Assembly (NCBI GenBank): GCA_964647855.1
Contig: CAZYJW010000002.1
Span: forward strand, 244,399-308,398
Source: Candidatus Micrarchaeota archaeon
GTDB taxonomy: Archaea > Micrarchaeota > Micrarchaeia > Anstonellales > Bilamarchaeaceae
Direction: 5' to 3'
DNA: 64,000 nucleotides
This document shows, piece by piece, positions 9,287 through 17,456 of the stretch (its first letter is position 1; every line of letters starts with the position of its first letter). The notes beneath the pieces were generated by a model. The model searched no databases. It saw only the letters and a program-made list of their open reading frames with translations, and was not told where the DNA came from. Made by a program: the position numbers and the translations under genes.

Positions 9287-9874
9287 TCATTGATCGTGCT
9301 CGCGGAAGCCGTGGAGTCGCCGCATAAGCATCCTGCGGCAGCCGAGCAGCCGCTCGCGCTGGGACTCGAGGTCCGCACTGATGATGGCCAGGTAGTCGGG
9401 CGAGCAGGCATCGTGCTTAACCCATGCGCTCAGGGTCGCGGCGGCGGCTATTATCACGCCCCCGACGGCCATCGCGATGGCATTGGGGAACTCCTGTGTT
9501 GCGAGACGTATCGTGAATGCGATGGCGGCGCCCATCGAGCCCAGAAGCAGCAGGCTTTTGCCGAAGAGCATGGCGACCGCGCCAACCGACTCCCCCTTCA
9601 GCTTTTCGCGCGACTCCATCATCTCCCTCATGCGCGCAGCGACGTCATTCCAGTTGCTGCAGTCCGGCTCCGCGACCGCCTCGCGCGAGCTGCGCTCGAG
9701 GCTTTTTAGGGACTCCTCCTTCTTCCGTATCCCCTCAAGTTCCTCGTCGACCTCCCGTATCGTTCCCACGAGGCGCCGGTACCTGCTCTCCCGGAGGGCT
9801 TCCATCAGCCTGAAGACGGGGCCGGGCCGCTTCGCTTTTTGCCCGCATGGGTCCTTCTGGCTGAGGCGTTTCAT
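9287..9874 (-). CDS. Hypothetical coiled-coil / two-TM membrane protein
   Basis: 195-aa ORF. Hydrophobic segments VGAVAMLFGKSLLLLGSMGAAIAF and AMAVGGVIIAAAATLSAWV. No family recognised. Confidence 0.5.
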   Translation of the reverse strand: MKRLSQKDPCGQKAKRPGPVFRLMEALRESRYRRLVGTIREVDEELEGIRKKEESLKSLERSSREAVAEPDCSNWNDVAARMREMMESREKLKGESVGAVAMLFGKSLLLLGSMGAAIAFTIRLATQEFPNAIAMAVGGVIIAAAATLSAWVKHDACSPDYLAIISADLESQRERLLGCRRMLMRRLHGFREHDQ

Positions 9875-9988
9875 GTGTAATAATATGTATATATATGTTT
9901 AAAAATGCAAGCAAAACGCGCCGGCGGAGCGGGAAAACCGTTTTAAAGGAGATTGAATCTAAGGTGGGATGCTAATGGTGATAGGGAA

Positions 9989-10273
9989 ATGAACATCAGC
10001 GAGTTGAAACCCGGGACCGGCAGCGTCAACATCGAGGCCGAGGTCGTGTCGATTGACAGCGAAAGGGAGATAAACAAGTACGGAAGGAAGCTGCGCGTCG
10101 CGAACGCCACAATCAAGGACGAAAGCGGCTCCATCACGCTCGTCCTCTGGAACGAGCAGATCGACACGGTGAAGGCTGGCGCCAAAATCAAGATAGAGAA
10201 CGGCTATGTCAACGAGTGGCAGGGCGCGCCCCAGCTCACACTGGGCAAGTTCGGCAAGCTCACCGTCCTCTGA
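9989..10273 (+). CDS. OB-fold single-stranded nucleic-acid-binding protein (short SSB/RPA-like)
   Basis: MNISELKPGTGSVNIEAEVVSIDSEREINKYGRKLRVANATIKDESGSITLVLWNEQID...GYVNEWQGAPQLTLGKFGKL follows the single-OB-fold SSB pattern. An SD-like GGTGAT lies 7 nt upstream of the ATG at 9989. The track ORF starts at 9953 (TTG). Confidence 0.7.
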   Translation: MNISELKPGTGSVNIEAEVVSIDSEREINKYGRKLRVANATIKDESGSITLVLWNEQIDTVKAGAKIKIENGYVNEWQGAPQLTLGKFGKLTVL

Positions 10274-10658
10274 TTATTACCTTTCCATCCTCGTTTTTCA
10301 CGTCCGCGATGCCGGTTATTCCTGATTCCGCCTCAATGGGGCACGGGCAGTAAAACGCCCCCCGCGAGCGGTTCGAAGCATCGGAGATGCGGAACACCGT
10401 GTCCGGCCCCTCGGGCTCCGATTCGATTGACATCGGATTCCTTGATGAAAGCAGGATTTCCCGGGAATTGCCCCCGCCCAGGGCGCAGGTCTCCCTGACG
10501 GTTGCTGCGAGAGATGCCGCATCCATCCCGAAAGCGGCCGATTCGATGCCTTCCTCAGCGCCCGCCCGGATGCGCGAGAGCGCTGCGAGCGATATGCCGA
10601 GCATCGCAAGTGACACCATGAACAGGAGGAGATATTCCGCGCTCGCCTGGCCCTTCAT
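10260..10658 (-). CDS. Archaeal type IV pilin-like protein (class III signal peptide)
   Basis: An internal ATG at 10658 of track ORF 10260..10976 gives MKGQASAEYLLLFMVSLAMLGISLAAL.... This is the KG/QAS-EYLLL prepilin-peptidase motif followed by a hydrophobic helix. The upstream part of the track ORF overlaps the PAC2 gene and looks like non-coding shadow. Confidence 0.7.
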   Translation of the reverse strand: MKGQASAEYLLLFMVSLAMLGISLAALSRIRAGAEEGIESAAFGMDAASLAATVRETCALGGGNSREILLSSRNPMSIESEPEGPDTVFRISDASNRSRGAFYCPCPIEAESGITGIADVKNEDGKVIIRGR

Positions 10659-10753
10659 TTGGAACGGACGCCATACGGACGATGCCCGGATAAAAGGATG
10701 CGCTTGCCGCCGCTGTGGCGATGCACATGGCGGCCCGGAACGCGGGCGCGGCC

Positions 10754-11518
10754 TCAGCGGATGTAGGAGACGTTCTTGCTCGCCTGCTCGAACTGAGCCT
10801 CCATCGTCTTCTGGACCTCCTCCTGCACCTGCTTGAGGACCTTCTGGCTCTCCTGCGCCTTCTCGTCCAGCCTCTTGAGGTCGACCTTGATGCCGAGGTA
10901 TTTCGACAGCATGATTACAATCTGCCTCGCGGACGCCGTGTCGATGTAGCTCCCGTGGGTCTCGCCCATGATGCACGAGCCCTCGAAGCCCTTCAGCTTG
11001 CCGAGGGCCGGAAGCAGGCCGGCCGCCCCGACAATCGAGCCCTTGGCCTCCCCGAATATTACGCCCTGCTTCTTAAGCCTCGCGCGCAGGGCGTCCGTGG
11101 TCGCCACGCCGAAAATCCTGCGCTCCTCGCTGATTTTGCCGGTGCTGTAGCCGCCGACCGTGAGTATCTCCTGGACGCCCGCCTTCTTGCAGTAGTCGAG
11201 GATCGCGTCCGCGACCTCGTACTGCCCGACTGAGCTCATCGCCTGGATGTCGCCCAGCAGTATCATGATGTCCCGCTTCTTCCCGCGGTGGATGTAGAAG
11301 CTGTTCTTGATGATGCGCATCCCGCCCTTTTTGGTCATGAACACCTGGTGCGGGAAATGCGGCGAGAGGAGGTTCGCGACCTTATCGGTCTTGAGCTCCT
11401 CCACGAGGTAGCGCCCGACGACCTGCCCTATCAGACCGATGCCGGGGAGGCCGGTCAGCAGCACGCCTTTCCTGAGCCTCTTGAACGCCTTCTTCTCGAT
11501 GATCGTGGTCTCCTTCAT
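10754..11518 (-). CDS. PAC2-family proteasome assembly chaperone
   Basis: MKETTIIEKK...GVLLTGLPGIGLIGQVVGRYLVEEL...GDIQA...GGYSTG... matches the archaeal PAC2 pattern. It occupies the usual position in the conserved L44e-S27e-aIF2a-Nop10 neighbourhood. Start chosen at ATG 11518; the track ORF extends to 11569. Confidence 0.75.
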   Translation of the reverse strand: MKETTIIEKKAFKRLRKGVLLTGLPGIGLIGQVVGRYLVEELKTDKVANLLSPHFPHQVFMTKKGGMRIIKNSFYIHRGKKRDIMILLGDIQAMSSVGQYEVADAILDYCKKAGVQEILTVGGYSTGKISEERRIFGVATTDALRARLKKQGVIFGEAKGSIVGAAGLLPALGKLKGFEGSCIMGETHGSYIDTASARQIVIMLSKYLGIKVDLKRLDEKAQESQKVLKQVQEEVQKTMEAQFEQASKNVSYIR

Positions 11519-11565
11519 AAGAATTCCCTGCAGGTAATGGATAGCCTTTGATAGGTATATAATCC

Positions 11566-11733
11566 TCACTGCCGCCCCGCCCGGGCCTCATTGCGCCGGC
11601 GGCGCAGTTCGCCGTACGGATCGGACGGGTTGAACCTGGCAGGGTGCGCGGACGCGGTCGCCGCCCCGCAGTGGGTTTCGGAAAGCGTGTATGAGCGGCA
11701 TGCGCCGCAGACCCTCATCCGTTTCATCTGCAT
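11566..11733 (-). CDS. nop10: H/ACA ribonucleoprotein complex subunit Nop10
   Basis: M(Q)MKRMRVCGACRSYTLSETHCGAATASAHPARFNPSDPYGELRRRR matches the Nop10 Zn-ribbon pattern (C..C..YTL...C...AHPARF.P.D.Y). The start is ATG 11733 or 11727. Confidence 0.85.
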   Translation of the reverse strand: MQMKRMRVCGACRSYTLSETHCGAATASAHPARFNPSDPYGELRRRRNEARAGRQ

Positions 11734-11771
11734 CCCGGACGCTTGTGATTCGCCCGGCGGCCAGCCCGCCG

Positions 11772-12470
11772 TCATTCCTCCCTTTCCGCGCTGAAATCGC
11801 AGCCGTTCTTCTGGGCGAACGCCCTCATCTTCTCTATCGCCGCGTCGAGCTTCTTCTCCGCGGTCTTGTAATCCGGGGCTGTAAGCGACATCTTGTACCT
11901 GGGCGCGCCGAGGTAATGCATCTCAACGCCGTCGCCCGCATCCAGCGCGCTTTTGAGGGTCTCGAGCCCCTTCGGGCCGTAGCAGACGAGGCGGACCGTG
12001 GCGCCCACCTCCACGACCGGCTTCTTGATGCTTTTTACGGCGAGCTCGAGCATCTTCGCCTTTATCCCCTTTGGGACGTCCAGCTTCCTGAGGGCGTCCT
12101 CGCCTTTGAGGCTCGCTTCCCTGAAGCAGGAATAAACGTCGTCGAAATGCTCCTCGATTTCCTTGCGGACGGCCGCTGCCTGGTCCTGCGCCTTCGCGGC
12201 CTCCAGGGCGAGCTCGAGGAGCTTGGCGCCCCGCTTCTCGTTCTGGACCATCTCCATCTTGCGCTTCTTCTCCTCCTCGTTCACGCGCTTTATGGAGATG
12301 TCCACCTGGTTCTTCGCGCGGTCGAGGTGGTGGACCTTGACGACATGGCGCTGGCCCTCCGATATGAATTCGTGGATGTTCTTTATCCAGCGCGGCGCCA
12401 CCTCTGACACGTGGAGGAATGCCTCGAGGTTTCCGTATTCCGGCAGGATGCAGAACGCGCCGTAGGGCAT
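11772..12470 (-). CDS. eif2a: Translation initiation factor aIF2 alpha subunit (coordinates from first ATG; true start probably upstream near 12524)
   Basis: S1 domain ...MPYGAFCILPEYGNLEAFLHVSEVAPRWIKNIHEFISEGQRHVVKVHHLDRAKNQVDISIKRV followed by the helical and alpha-beta domains. The in-frame upstream sequence encodes the missing conserved N-terminus (V)ELPEEGELVIAVIKKI but has no ATG, GTG or TTG (see findings). Confidence 0.85.
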   Translation of the reverse strand: MPYGAFCILPEYGNLEAFLHVSEVAPRWIKNIHEFISEGQRHVVKVHHLDRAKNQVDISIKRVNEEEKKRKMEMVQNEKRGAKLLELALEAAKAQDQAAAVRKEIEEHFDDVYSCFREASLKGEDALRKLDVPKGIKAKMLELAVKSIKKPVVEVGATVRLVCYGPKGLETLKSALDAGDGVEMHYLGAPRYKMSLTAPDYKTAEKKLDAAIEKMRAFAQKNGCDFSAEREE

Positions 12471-12528
12471 TATCTTCTTGATTACCGCGATTACCAGCTC
12501 GCCCTCTTCCGGAAGCTCGACTATCCAA

Positions 12529-12693
12529 TCACCCGAGCTCGGCGACGACCTTGCCGTGTATCACGGCCTCCCCGCCGCTCGGGTGGGCAAGCGGCTCCTT
12601 GCATCCGCCGCAGTTCACGACCGAAGTCGAATGGCTGAACACCACCTGCTCGTTGCCGCATTTGCATTGCACTCTGAAATATTTGCCGGCCAT
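12529..12693 (-). CDS. rps27e: 30S ribosomal protein S27e
   Basis: Not in the ORF track (54 aa). Hand translation gives MAGKYFRVQCKCGNEQVVFSHSTSVVNCGGCKEPLAHPSGGEAVIHGKVVAELG*, a Zn-ribbon S27e pattern in the conserved position between L44e and aIF2a. Confidence 0.85.
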   Translation of the reverse strand: MAGKYFRVQCKCGNEQVVFSHSTSVVNCGGCKEPLAHPSGGEAVIHGKVVAELG

Positions 12694-12704
12694 CAGTAAG
12701 CACC

Positions 12705-12986
12705 TCATGCCTTGAACTCAATCTTCTTCGTGGTCCTTCCGCCAACGATGCGCTCCTGCTTCTTCTTGCACGCGTTGCACTGCAGGACGATTTTCTGCCT
12801 CTTCCCCTGCTTCCTCACGGTCTTCTCGCCGGCCCTCTTGCTGCCGTGGCCGAGCAGGCTCCGGGCGTGCGCGCGGTTCCCCGCGGCCATCGTCCTGGGC
12901 CTCCCCTTGCTGGCGGCCTTGGCCTTGTGAAGCTCGTGCTTCTTGCAGTATGGGCAGTATGCGTTCACTTCCTTCGGGAATTTCAT
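12705..12986 (-). CDS. rpl44e: 50S ribosomal protein L44e
   Basis: 93-aa ORF MKFPKEVNAYCPYCKKHELHK...IVLQCNACKKK... has the typical L44e (eL42) Zn-ribbon arrangement. Confidence 0.9.
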   Translation of the reverse strand: MKFPKEVNAYCPYCKKHELHKAKAASKGRPRTMAAGNRAHARSLLGHGSKRAGEKTVRKQGKRQKIVLQCNACKKKQERIVGGRTTKKIEFKA

Positions 12987-12998
12987 GTTTGCACCTGT

Positions 12999-13541
12999 TC
13001 AGACAATCTCGGCCATTCCGGCCTTGAGCAGCCATTCGGCCTCAGGCCCGGGCAGAAGCTGCTCCGAACCCTCCTTGAACGGCCCGTACAGCGCGTTGTC
13101 GAGGCCGCGGTACTGGGAGACGTCCTTGAGGAGCTTTATCCTCCTGGAATCGGCCGGGGCGGCGTCCTCGCTCGCCCAGACGTTCTTGACAGTCTCCCTC
13201 GATTTCTTTATAATCGATGACAACTCTTTTAACAGTTCCTTTTCCTCGGCGGTGAGGCCAGCGCCCTCCCGCTCCCCGCGCACCGCCATCAGGACAATCT
13301 TCTCCTCCCGCTTCGCCTGGATTGCCATCACGACCTTCTTGGAGTTCTCGTGCTCCTTGATGGAGAGCAGGGACTTCGACTCCATGGCCTGCGCGGCGGT
13401 CCTCGATATCAGCGCCGAAACCGAAGAGTAGAAGTCATCCGGAAGGCTGACAATGGCGCTTGATTCCATTTCCCTCCGCTGGATGTCCCTGAGTCCTGAA
13501 TAGTCGAGCATGTCGCCCCCCCGCAGGATAGGAATTGTCAT
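12999..13541 (-). CDS. GINS complex subunit (Gins51 / Sld5-Psf1-like)
   Basis: The 180-aa ORF has an N-terminal helical domain (LRDIQRREMES..LPDDFY...). Its C-terminal part, RIKLLKDVSQYRGLDNALYGPFKEGSEQLLPGPEAEWLLKAGMAEI, resembles the archaeal GINS51 B-domain. An alternative start is ATG 13511. Confidence 0.6.
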   Translation of the reverse strand: MTIPILRGGDMLDYSGLRDIQRREMESSAIVSLPDDFYSSVSALISRTAAQAMESKSLLSIKEHENSKKVVMAIQAKREEKIVLMAVRGEREGAGLTAEEKELLKELSSIIKKSRETVKNVWASEDAAPADSRRIKLLKDVSQYRGLDNALYGPFKEGSEQLLPGPEAEWLLKAGMAEIV

Positions 13542-13550
13542 GAGGGATTT

Positions 13551-14354
13551 TTATTGTTTCTTCTTTTTCCCGCCGGCGCCGCCCTTCTCCGGGGAGGCTT
13601 TCCTGCCCGCTCCCGCCTTTTTCGGGACACGGCCGAGCCCCTGCCCGGCAAGTGAGTATTCCTCCTTCTTCGCCGACGCCCATTTCTCGCTCTGCGGGGC
13701 CGCCTTCGCGGCGGTCGGCTTGATTATCCCCTCCGCCTTGGGCCTGCGTTCGGCTTCGGAGGCCTCCGGCTTGGCGATCATCGGCTTCTCGGCCATGGGC
13801 CTGGCGCGTTCGATGGGCATGGAGCGCCTCTCGGCCGGGACTATGTCCCCCTCCTTGCGTTTCCTGAGGCCGAGAAGCTGCAGGGCGTCTCCTATCAGGG
13901 ACTCTATCAGGGACATCTTCTTCCTGCGCCGCTCTGGCTTGAGCGTGACACGGTAGGGCGCCGCCATGGGCCCCCCTCCGACCAAACCCCACTTATCCTG
14001 CTCGGCCTCCACGCACTTCCTGCAGAGCTTGCGCCCGTTCCAGAAATAGACGTGGTTCTCTAGGTCGCGGCCGCACCGGTCGCACTGCTCCGGTATCTGA
14101 TACGCCTCGAGGCGCGGCTTTTCCGCGACATATTCGGACTTCTTGCGGTCCTCGTCGCGCATGTCCTGCACGCAGTAGGGGCACATCCACTGGCCCCGGT
14201 ACTGCTGGAGCTCGGACGCCGGAAGATACATCCTGCAGCGCCAGCACTGCTTGTTCAGCCCGTAGAAGATGCAGGATGAGCAGTATGGAAGCCCGTCAGA
14301 GCCGTATTCGCAATGGGCCCGCTGGCCGCAACGCGAGCAGTTGGTGCTCGTCAT
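13551..14354 (-). CDS. Cys-rich zinc-ribbon protein with basic Lys/Ala/Gly C-terminal tail (function unknown)
   Basis: 267-aa ORF with several CxxC pairs (CSRCG..CSSC, CWRC..CPYC, CDRCG..CRKC). The tail is ...KKAGAGRKASPEKGGAGGKKKKQ. Confidence 0.6.
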   Translation of the reverse strand: MTSTNCSRCGQRAHCEYGSDGLPYCSSCIFYGLNKQCWRCRMYLPASELQQYRGQWMCPYCVQDMRDEDRKKSEYVAEKPRLEAYQIPEQCDRCGRDLENHVYFWNGRKLCRKCVEAEQDKWGLVGGGPMAAPYRVTLKPERRRKKMSLIESLIGDALQLLGLRKRKEGDIVPAERRSMPIERARPMAEKPMIAKPEASEAERRPKAEGIIKPTAAKAAPQSEKWASAKKEEYSLAGQGLGRVPKKAGAGRKASPEKGGAGGKKKKQ

Positions 14355-14425
14355 CGCGCTGATGTCTCAGGGAGGGTTAATAAGTCTTGACGCCGCCCCT
14401 GCGCGCCAGCCTCTCGGCCGGGCCG

Positions 14426-15328
14426 TCATTCGAGCGCCTGCCGGGTCCGCCTCAGGGCCATGCCGATGGCTGCCGGGAGGCCGCTCTGCTGGATGGTCCG
14501 GGCGTCGAACTCGAGATGCACGAGCGCAAGCGCGCAGGCCTGCTTGAGGTCGGTGGTGGTCCTCCCAATCGACTCGTCTGAAAGGTCGGAGCGGCGGATG
14601 AAAATCTTTATATGGGCGTCCAAATCGACGAGATGAATCGGAATCGCCACGGCATCCCTTCCGCTCGCGCGCCCCTCCCGGCCCTGCACTATGAGCGGGT
14701 CCTCGCGCGTTCCGTTGCCCTCGCCCGAAAACACGAACGATGCCTGCCTGGGCGCAGGCAGGGGCGCTTCATCCGAAGCGCCGGATTCCGCCGCCTCATG
14801 CGTTTCCTCAAGGGGCGGCGCTTCTTCCGCCCGGGGCATTCTGACAATGGAGATATCTTCTGCGGCCGGCGAGCCGGTCCTGCTCGGGATCGCCGCGGCT
14901 ATCGAAGGCTGGGCTTCCTGGGCGGGGGCCTCCTGCGGCGCCTGCCCCTGCGCCGGTGCCTGCGGGCGGGCGGCTATCTCGGTGCCGTCGGAGCGCACAG
15001 GGACGATGTCATACCTGAAGGAGCGGCTGCCCTCCTCGGTGACAAGATACTGTTCGAGCAGCGCCTCCTGGTTGCGCATCACCCATTCTTTGATGAACGG
15101 CTCGCGCTCCGGTTCCGGAAGCGCCAGGGCGCGGTCCATCAGGTCCTTCACCGCGGATTCCGGAAGCCTGACGACCAGGTACGTGTTCTGCTCGCTAAGA
15201 AGCGGGATTGTGAGCGTCACGCTGCGGACCGTGCCGCGGCGGAACTCCACCGGGTTCTCCATCGCCCTGGTGGCGTCCGATTCGCTCATCCTCCGGACTT
15301 CAGCGTCCGCACGCGCCGCCTGTGCCAT
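14426..15328 (-). CDS. Unknown-function protein, member 1 of a tandem paralogue trio
   Basis: 300 aa. The N-domain VEFRRGTVRSVTLTIPLLSEQNTYLVVRLPESAVKDLM...WVMRNQEALLEQ..FRYDIVPV is clearly homologous to the next gene. It is followed by a Pro/Ala/Gln-rich linker and a C-terminal domain. Confidence 0.7.
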   Translation of the reverse strand: MAQAARADAEVRRMSESDATRAMENPVEFRRGTVRSVTLTIPLLSEQNTYLVVRLPESAVKDLMDRALALPEPEREPFIKEWVMRNQEALLEQYLVTEEGSRSFRYDIVPVRSDGTEIAARPQAPAQGQAPQEAPAQEAQPSIAAAIPSRTGSPAAEDISIVRMPRAEEAPPLEETHEAAESGASDEAPLPAPRQASFVFSGEGNGTREDPLIVQGREGRASGRDAVAIPIHLVDLDAHIKIFIRRSDLSDESIGRTTTDLKQACALALVHLEFDARTIQQSGLPAAIGMALRRTRQALE

Positions 15329-15394
15329 GGATGGATTTCGCCGAATAGGATTAAAGGCGTTTCTAAGGGGCGGAGCGGCGGGTTTAGCGCGCGC

Positions 15395-16324
15395 TCATTC
15401 TTCCGAAGCCCGGTCGTACTGGGCCATCGCCTGGCCGAACGCCCGCGTGAACGCCCTCCGGGCGTCCCTCAGCGCGGTGTTGTCGAGCCGCGAGCCCGGC
15501 CGCTCCGCCGCGACGCGCCGGAGCGTCCCCTGGAAGACGGTCCAGAGCTCGTCCCTGGTGCCGTTGCGGTTTCCGGAGGATGCCTGTGATTCGGTGAGGA
15601 ACACGCGGAATGAAACGTCGCCGAAGGCCTCCACGGACAATGTGAGGGGCCAGTCGATTATCGTCTCCCTGCGGCTGCGCCTCTCGAAATCGGCCCGCGA
15701 CATGTAAACGCTGTAGGGAGCCGCGCGCGTCCCGCTCCCGCCGTATATCTGCTCGGGGAAGGGCGGAAGCTCAACGCGGGCCCTCGGCGCGACCGGGCGC
15801 TCCGTGGGCGCGGGCCCTGCCGGCGAAAGGTCCACGGTGCGCCGTGCCGCGGGCGCCGCGGGCTGCGGCTGCGCGGGCCTCGGGGCGGCGGGCTGTTCCT
15901 CGCGGCGCGGCACCGCGGCGGCGACCGGGGGCTGGGGCTGCTCCACCCTCCGCGGCGTCGCCTCCCCGACACGCGGGGCGGCGGCCTGGACGGGAACGAC
16001 ATTGTAGCGGAACTGCCTGGAGCGGCCCCCTCCCGTGCGGATGTGCTGCTCCAGCACGGCCTGCTGGTTCCTCATCACCCAGTCGCGGATGTAGCCGGCC
16101 CTCTGCTCGGGCGGCAGCGTGCGCGCCTGCCCCATCATCTCCCGGACCGCCCCCTCGGGCAGCCGAACGACGAGATAGCTGTTCCTGTCGCTAAGGAGCG
16201 GGATTGTGAGCGTGACGGACTGCACGTCGCCCCGGCGCATCTGCACCGGGGACTGCATCGCGGCGCGGGCCTGCGGAGGCTGTATTGTTCGGACCTGCAC
16301 ATCGGCTTGGAACGGCTGGGACAT
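15395..16324 (-). CDS. Unknown-function protein, member 2 of the tandem paralogue trio
   Basis: The N-domain VQMRRGDVQSVTLTIPLLSDRNSYLVVRLPEGAVREMM...WVMRNQQAVLEQ..FRYNVVPV is followed by a Pro/Ala linker containing RRTVDLS and then a C-terminal domain. Start chosen at ATG 16324 (MSQPFQ); the track ORF extends to 16357. Confidence 0.7.
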   Translation of the reverse strand: MSQPFQADVQVRTIQPPQARAAMQSPVQMRRGDVQSVTLTIPLLSDRNSYLVVRLPEGAVREMMGQARTLPPEQRAGYIRDWVMRNQQAVLEQHIRTGGGRSRQFRYNVVPVQAAAPRVGEATPRRVEQPQPPVAAAVPRREEQPAAPRPAQPQPAAPAARRTVDLSPAGPAPTERPVAPRARVELPPFPEQIYGGSGTRAAPYSVYMSRADFERRSRRETIIDWPLTLSVEAFGDVSFRVFLTESQASSGNRNGTRDELWTVFQGTLRRVAAERPGSRLDNTALRDARRAFTRAFGQAMAQYDRASEE

Positions 16325-16366
16325 GGATAAAACTTGCACGGAAAAGATTAAAAACAAGGAGAGGCT

Positions 16367-17356
16367 TCAGGAGCCGCCGGCATATGCCGCGACTTCCGGA
16401 TTCGCCTTGCCCGCCCGCTCTATCACGGAGCGGACGCTTCCGCCAATCGAGCCGGTGCTCACGTCGCTGGAACGGCCCTTCGCCCGGAGCTCATCCCGCA
16501 TGATGCCCGAAACGAGGGGGGTTATGGCGTTCGCAAGCGCCGTTTTAGTCGCAGAACCGGCCTTCCCGCTCGCAACGAAACGCAGGGCAAGATGCACCTT
16601 GACGGAAGGCCCCCCGTCCGAAGAGGCGGACGAGTATGAGAAGCCCTCGCGCGCAAGCTGTGTCCCGGCGTCCCTTTTGGAGGGCACCGGAACCTCTATG
16701 ACGTAGGGTTCGCTTTCGGTGCCCTTTCCGCCCCGCTTTGCCGGAGGTATGACCGCTTCCGCCTTCTGGGCGGCCGGCTCCGGGGATGAAAGGTCCACAG
16801 TCCTTCTGGGCGCCGACTGAGTCCGTGCCGGCGGCACGGCCGCAGGTGCCGCCTTGCCGGCAGGCACCGCAGCCGGGGCGGGCCCCTTCGAAGGCGCCTT
16901 CCCCGGGGAAGGGGCGGGCGCAGCCGCAGGCTGCGCGGGCACCGGGGCGCAGGTGAATGTCGCACGCTTTCCGTTGCCGAGCGCCTTGAGCCCGAGCGCG
17001 GCGTCGCTTTGCACGATGCCGCTGATGAAGGGCGCCCTTTCGGATTCGCCCCGGGCCTGCGCCGCGCGCCGGATTTCCTCGACATGCGGGGCTGGAAGCG
17101 TCAGCTTCAGGTAGCGGTTCTTCTCGAGCAGGGGCGTGCTCACGACCCACGCGGTGCCGCTCTTCTGCGTGAACGAGCTTATTTTCCCGCTTTCGACGCT
17201 GACCGCGCATTTTCCCGCCTGCTGTGCGTCGGTCGGGAGCGGGGCCCCCAGCGTGAATCCGAAGGCAATCGCGCCGGCAACCACCGGCAGGATGCGCGGC
17301 AGGCGGCGGCCTGCCTGTTCCTTTTCCTCCCTCTGGGCATGCGTGAGTTGTTTCAT
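16367..17356 (-). CDS. Unknown-function protein, member 3 of the trio (with N-terminal signal/TM segment)
   Basis: Start chosen at ATG 17356 (MKQLTHAQ...LPRILPVVAGAIAFGFTLGAP). Same architecture as the other two: a TPLLEKNRYLKLTLP N-domain, a Pro/Ala linker with RRTVDLS, and a C-domain EPYVIEVPV.... A TATA-like TTTATAAAA lies on the minus strand at 17387-17395. Confidence 0.65.
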   Translation of the reverse strand: MKQLTHAQREEKEQAGRRLPRILPVVAGAIAFGFTLGAPLPTDAQQAGKCAVSVESGKISSFTQKSGTAWVVSTPLLEKNRYLKLTLPAPHVEEIRRAAQARGESERAPFISGIVQSDAALGLKALGNGKRATFTCAPVPAQPAAAPAPSPGKAPSKGPAPAAVPAGKAAPAAVPPARTQSAPRRTVDLSSPEPAAQKAEAVIPPAKRGGKGTESEPYVIEVPVPSKRDAGTQLAREGFSYSSASSDGGPSVKVHLALRFVASGKAGSATKTALANAITPLVSGIMRDELRAKGRSSDVSTGSIGGSVRSVIERAGKANPEVAAYAGGS

Positions 17357-17456
17357 AATAATCCATATCTTGTAATAAATAAAAGATTTTATAAACATTG
17401 ACAGGATGCCGGCCCGTGCGGATGCCGTGGAAGGAATATAAGCGCTCCTTGGCAAA

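Noticed and set aside
7811-9874. A second integrated element downstream of tRNA-Thr (two orphan genes follow the tRNA)
   Set aside because: There is no integrase, I could find no direct repeat of the tRNA-Thr 3' end, and the composition is not obviously different from the flanks.
11923-12528. 201-aa ORF starting at TTG 12528 as a frameshifted or alternative aIF2-alpha start
   Set aside because: Its translation is Arg/Gly/Pro low-complexity throughout and never rejoins the aIF2-alpha frame. It is only relevant as a possible site of a 1-nt assembly error, as noted in the findings.
12529-12693. The first zinc knuckle of S27e reads C-K-C (QCKCGNEQ) instead of the usual CxxC
   Set aside because: I verified it in the sequence. 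A single-residue difference in a 54-aa protein may be lineage variation or a 3-nt assembly issue. It is not enough to build a claim without orthologue comparison.
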